Both the position numbers and the translations under genes were made by a program. A stretch of 64,000 bases of DNA from Rhynchobatus australiae (taxonomy: Eukaryota), in NCBI GenBank assembly GCA_034780895.1, contig JAUZTB010000087.1:91780204-91844203 (forward strand), written 5' to 3'. Shown here in pieces: positions 60,921 to 64,000 of this stretch. The notes beneath the pieces are model-generated. The model did no database searches, was not told the origin of the DNA, and saw only the letters and a list, made by a program, of their open reading frames with translations. Position 1 is the first letter of the stretch. Each line of letters starts with the position of its first letter.

Positions 60921-63900
60921 ATCCTAATAATGGCTATAGAGCACCTCCCTCATAGTTTGATCTAGTCACCACTAAACCATCAACCAAGTTCACTCAAGAA
61001 GACCACAGTATATGAAAGTAATTTAATAGGACTAGCTTAGATGGGATTCTTGGCCGGCATGGACCAGTTGGGCCAAAAGGCCTGTTTCCATGCTGTATGA
61101 CTCTATGACTTAATAGGAGAGAAAACCATCTCATAAGAATGCATCTCTGCTTATAACATGGGATTCAATTGGAAAGCAGGGTTCACATTGCAGAAAATTA
61201 TGATATGGATGATTTTCCAGGAATGCAACCCCTCTATATCACCTATATTTCTTATGTACTTCTGAATGGCTAGTAGGATCACCTTTAATGAACAGCAGAT
61301 AGTGTAAGGGATGAGCAAATGGAGGAAAGGATGGTTTTTATGAGCAGAATTCACACTGATTCGGAGAGCAGCTATTTGGCTACTGGATTGATTGTTGAGG
61401 AGGATCCTGGTGTGCCTTCCCCCTGTGGCAGAGAGCAATGATAGCCTCTTCATCTTGAATTAGTGGCCTTTTGGGTGTGATTCTCATCAGCAAGTGGAAA
61501 TATTGCTTTGTGGCTAACAGCTGGGGCTAAATTAAAAAAGAACACACTGCAGTGAAGTTTGATGGTAATAAAACACATTTCAGAACTAATGAAACTTTTT
61601 GGAATCTATGTAAGTAAATTTTGGGGCTTGGAGTGCAAGTACAATTACGCATCTGAATTTGCAACTGGGCTCATGATTATAGAACTTATATTAAAAGTTA
61701 CAAAGTGCCCTTAGAGACACAGAAATCAATTAAATGGAAGAAAAAATATCCACTGTATACTGTGGGAATATGTTAATTGACTTCAGATTTAGAATGTAGT
61801 CAAATATAGGACATAATATAGGTACAGAAATAACAAACTGCTCAGTCAAAAATCAATGCTTATTCAATGCAAGTATTAACCATTTTTTAAAAAAAAACAC
61901 ACCAAGATTTGCAACATAGACATGCCCTAATATTCTGTTTTCCAGCAAAAACAATTCCATGAATAATTACAAACAAGTTTCACTTTGTAGCATTCTTCCC
62001 TATGAATAAAGCTTCAAACTCAAGCCTCACCTTAGAACTGAAGCCTTTAATCTAACACAGCAGCAACTAAATGTTTTGGTTTAAGAGGTTGCATTGAAGT
62101 ACATCAGTTAACATTTAAATGCTTGTTCCTATTAATTTATCTCACGTAACAGATCCTGATGCTTCGATTTAGAATAGTCCTTCAGAAATCCTAAGGGTGA
62201 TAAATTCAAAATGCACAAATAAATGAATAAGTATAAATACGATGGAGCTGTCAGGGCATTGTGAGCTAGGNNNNNNNNNNCCACAGAACTAGGTGCAACA
62301 ATAACAAACATTACACTCCAGTACAGTGCTGAAGGTGCATAACATTGTTGACGGTGTTTCCCATTGGGCAAGATGTTAAACCAAGGATCCATTATGCCAG
62401 TGGATCAGATCAATATTGTGTACTATTGTACTGCTTTATGATTAAAGCATATTCCTAATATTTGCCTTCAGTCAGGTTGCCACACAATTCAAGCAAAATA
62501 ACTGCTCCATTTTCGTCTACCAAAATTTTAAGTAAATCATTGTAATGATATCAAGTAATTCTGTGGACATCATATAACTGATTCCTTTGCCGATTTATTC
62601 AAAAATTAAATATATAGGAAAAGGCATCAAATTAATTACAATGATCTGAATAATTTGAAAAAAAATTGAACTTTTTTTGTATAATGTATTGTTAAATTGT
62701 CTTCTTTCTTAATCTCATTCTACAAATGGAGGTTTAAAACATTGCCCCTGAATTTTCATGTACTCAGTCAGACTGGATTTCTACCAGCAAACCAGATCTT
62801 GATTTGAGTCCTCTGGTTCAGCTCATTTGGATTTCCATTAGAGGGTCTCCACTGTAATTCCCTTTACATAGTTTTGATCTTCATCAAATTAGTTCTGATA
62901 TAAACACCAAAGGTTGATTAACTGAAACTCCAATTTATTTCAAAGTTCTAAACATGGCAGCCAGGGGAAACATTGACTTCCTATCTACTCTGTCAACCCC
63001 CTTAAAAATGTTCATTTCAATTTGATCACATCTTGTCCTTTTACATTCTTCTTGATACTATGAAGCTGGTGTAACTCGAGGGGCTTAAGATAGAAATTAA
63101 TTTCACATTTTCAGTGAAGTGCAAAGCCTTTTTCATCATGATATGCCACATACAGAAAAATGTCATGAGTCCAAAATTTAAGTTATACATCTTAAGGATT
63201 TGCAAATTCGCATATCATTTTGCACTGAAACAAAGTTTAAATTGTAATGAGATTCCATTTGACAACAGCTAAATCTATTGCCTGAAATTACTGATAATGA
63301 ACAGTCAGTTTTTGTTATCATAAAAGGCTGAAAAACAAAAGCTACAACATACATTGGAGAATTAAATATCTAAATAATACAATTTTTAATCTATTACAAT
63401 GCTGCTGCTGTTTCCCTTGACCCCAATGATGTCACACCAACCTGAAGTGGTTGGCTGTATATTGGACCCAATTTCAACTTAGAGAATTACATAAAAAGCT
63501 CAAAACACATTGCAATCCCATAAAACTGATAGGAAGATTAATATCTAGTTCTATATAAATATTAAACAACTTTAAGAAATAACTAGATCCTTATGTTAAT
63601 CATAAAATCAGAATAGCACAACATTGAAGGGAACCTCCAATCCATCAAATCTGCAATGCTTTTTTAAAAAAGCAATCCAGGTAGTCCCATTCATTGATCT
63701 TGCTACATAATCTTGGATGTTTACATTAAAGAGAAATTGCCAAGTGACAGCTAATGCGGAGAATTATGTGCAATACAATAAATTTACCTGGGTCTGAAAA
63801 TCAGGGAAATTATTCATCATTCTAATAATCACACAAGCTACACCAGTTTGAACTGGAAAATTGTAATTTAAAGCTGGACTATCTAGAAATATGATCACAT

Positions 63901-64000
63901 TCTTTCAAAGGCTTATCACCTGAGTATAATTGTAGTTAATGCAAATCAGTTTGTTGATTACGAGTGTGCTGAATATATAAAACCATTCTAGACTACAACA

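Noticed and set aside
1-64000. Prokaryote-type systems (CRISPR, operons, defence islands), intact transposon ORFs, tRNA/rRNA genes
   Set aside because: The window is spliced vertebrate DNA. All RT/endonuclease remnants are broken by stops or frameshifts, and tRNA-like boxes belong to SINE heads.
55050-64000. Exons of a further gene upstream of POPDC2
   Set aside because: I could not recognise any protein motif with matching splice sites. Small or non-coding exons cannot be excluded by eye.

Overview
AT-rich eukaryotic (vertebrate) genomic DNA from a gapped draft assembly. The repeat content (V-SINE/HE1-like and Deu-domain SINEs, CR1, Rex1/Babar, Penelope) points to a cartilaginous fish; this is an inference. 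Three intact spliced genes can be rebuilt by hand. FBXO40 is on the minus strand (ATG exon 14716-14718, exons 9383-11269 and 3350-3583; 707 aa; one GC-AG intron). TAF13 is on the plus strand (4 exons, 29175-35585; 124 aa; CpG-island promoter). POPDC2 is on the minus strand (3 coding exons, 49720-42652; 343 aa; probable extra 3'-UTR exon). The layout is FBXO40 <- | -> TAF13 -> <- POPDC2, i.e. a housekeeping gene between two striated-muscle genes. The rest is decayed retrotransposons, one small TA-flanked MITE and N gaps. I found no convincing new multi-gene system. The best leads are the GC-AG donor, the probable tail-to-tail TAF13/POPDC2 poly(A) overlap, hammerhead-like motifs and a long hairpin derived from Penelope ends, candidate cardiac/muscle regulatory clusters, and the gene order itself. 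Repeat family names come from recalled motifs, not database searches, and repeat boundaries are approximate.
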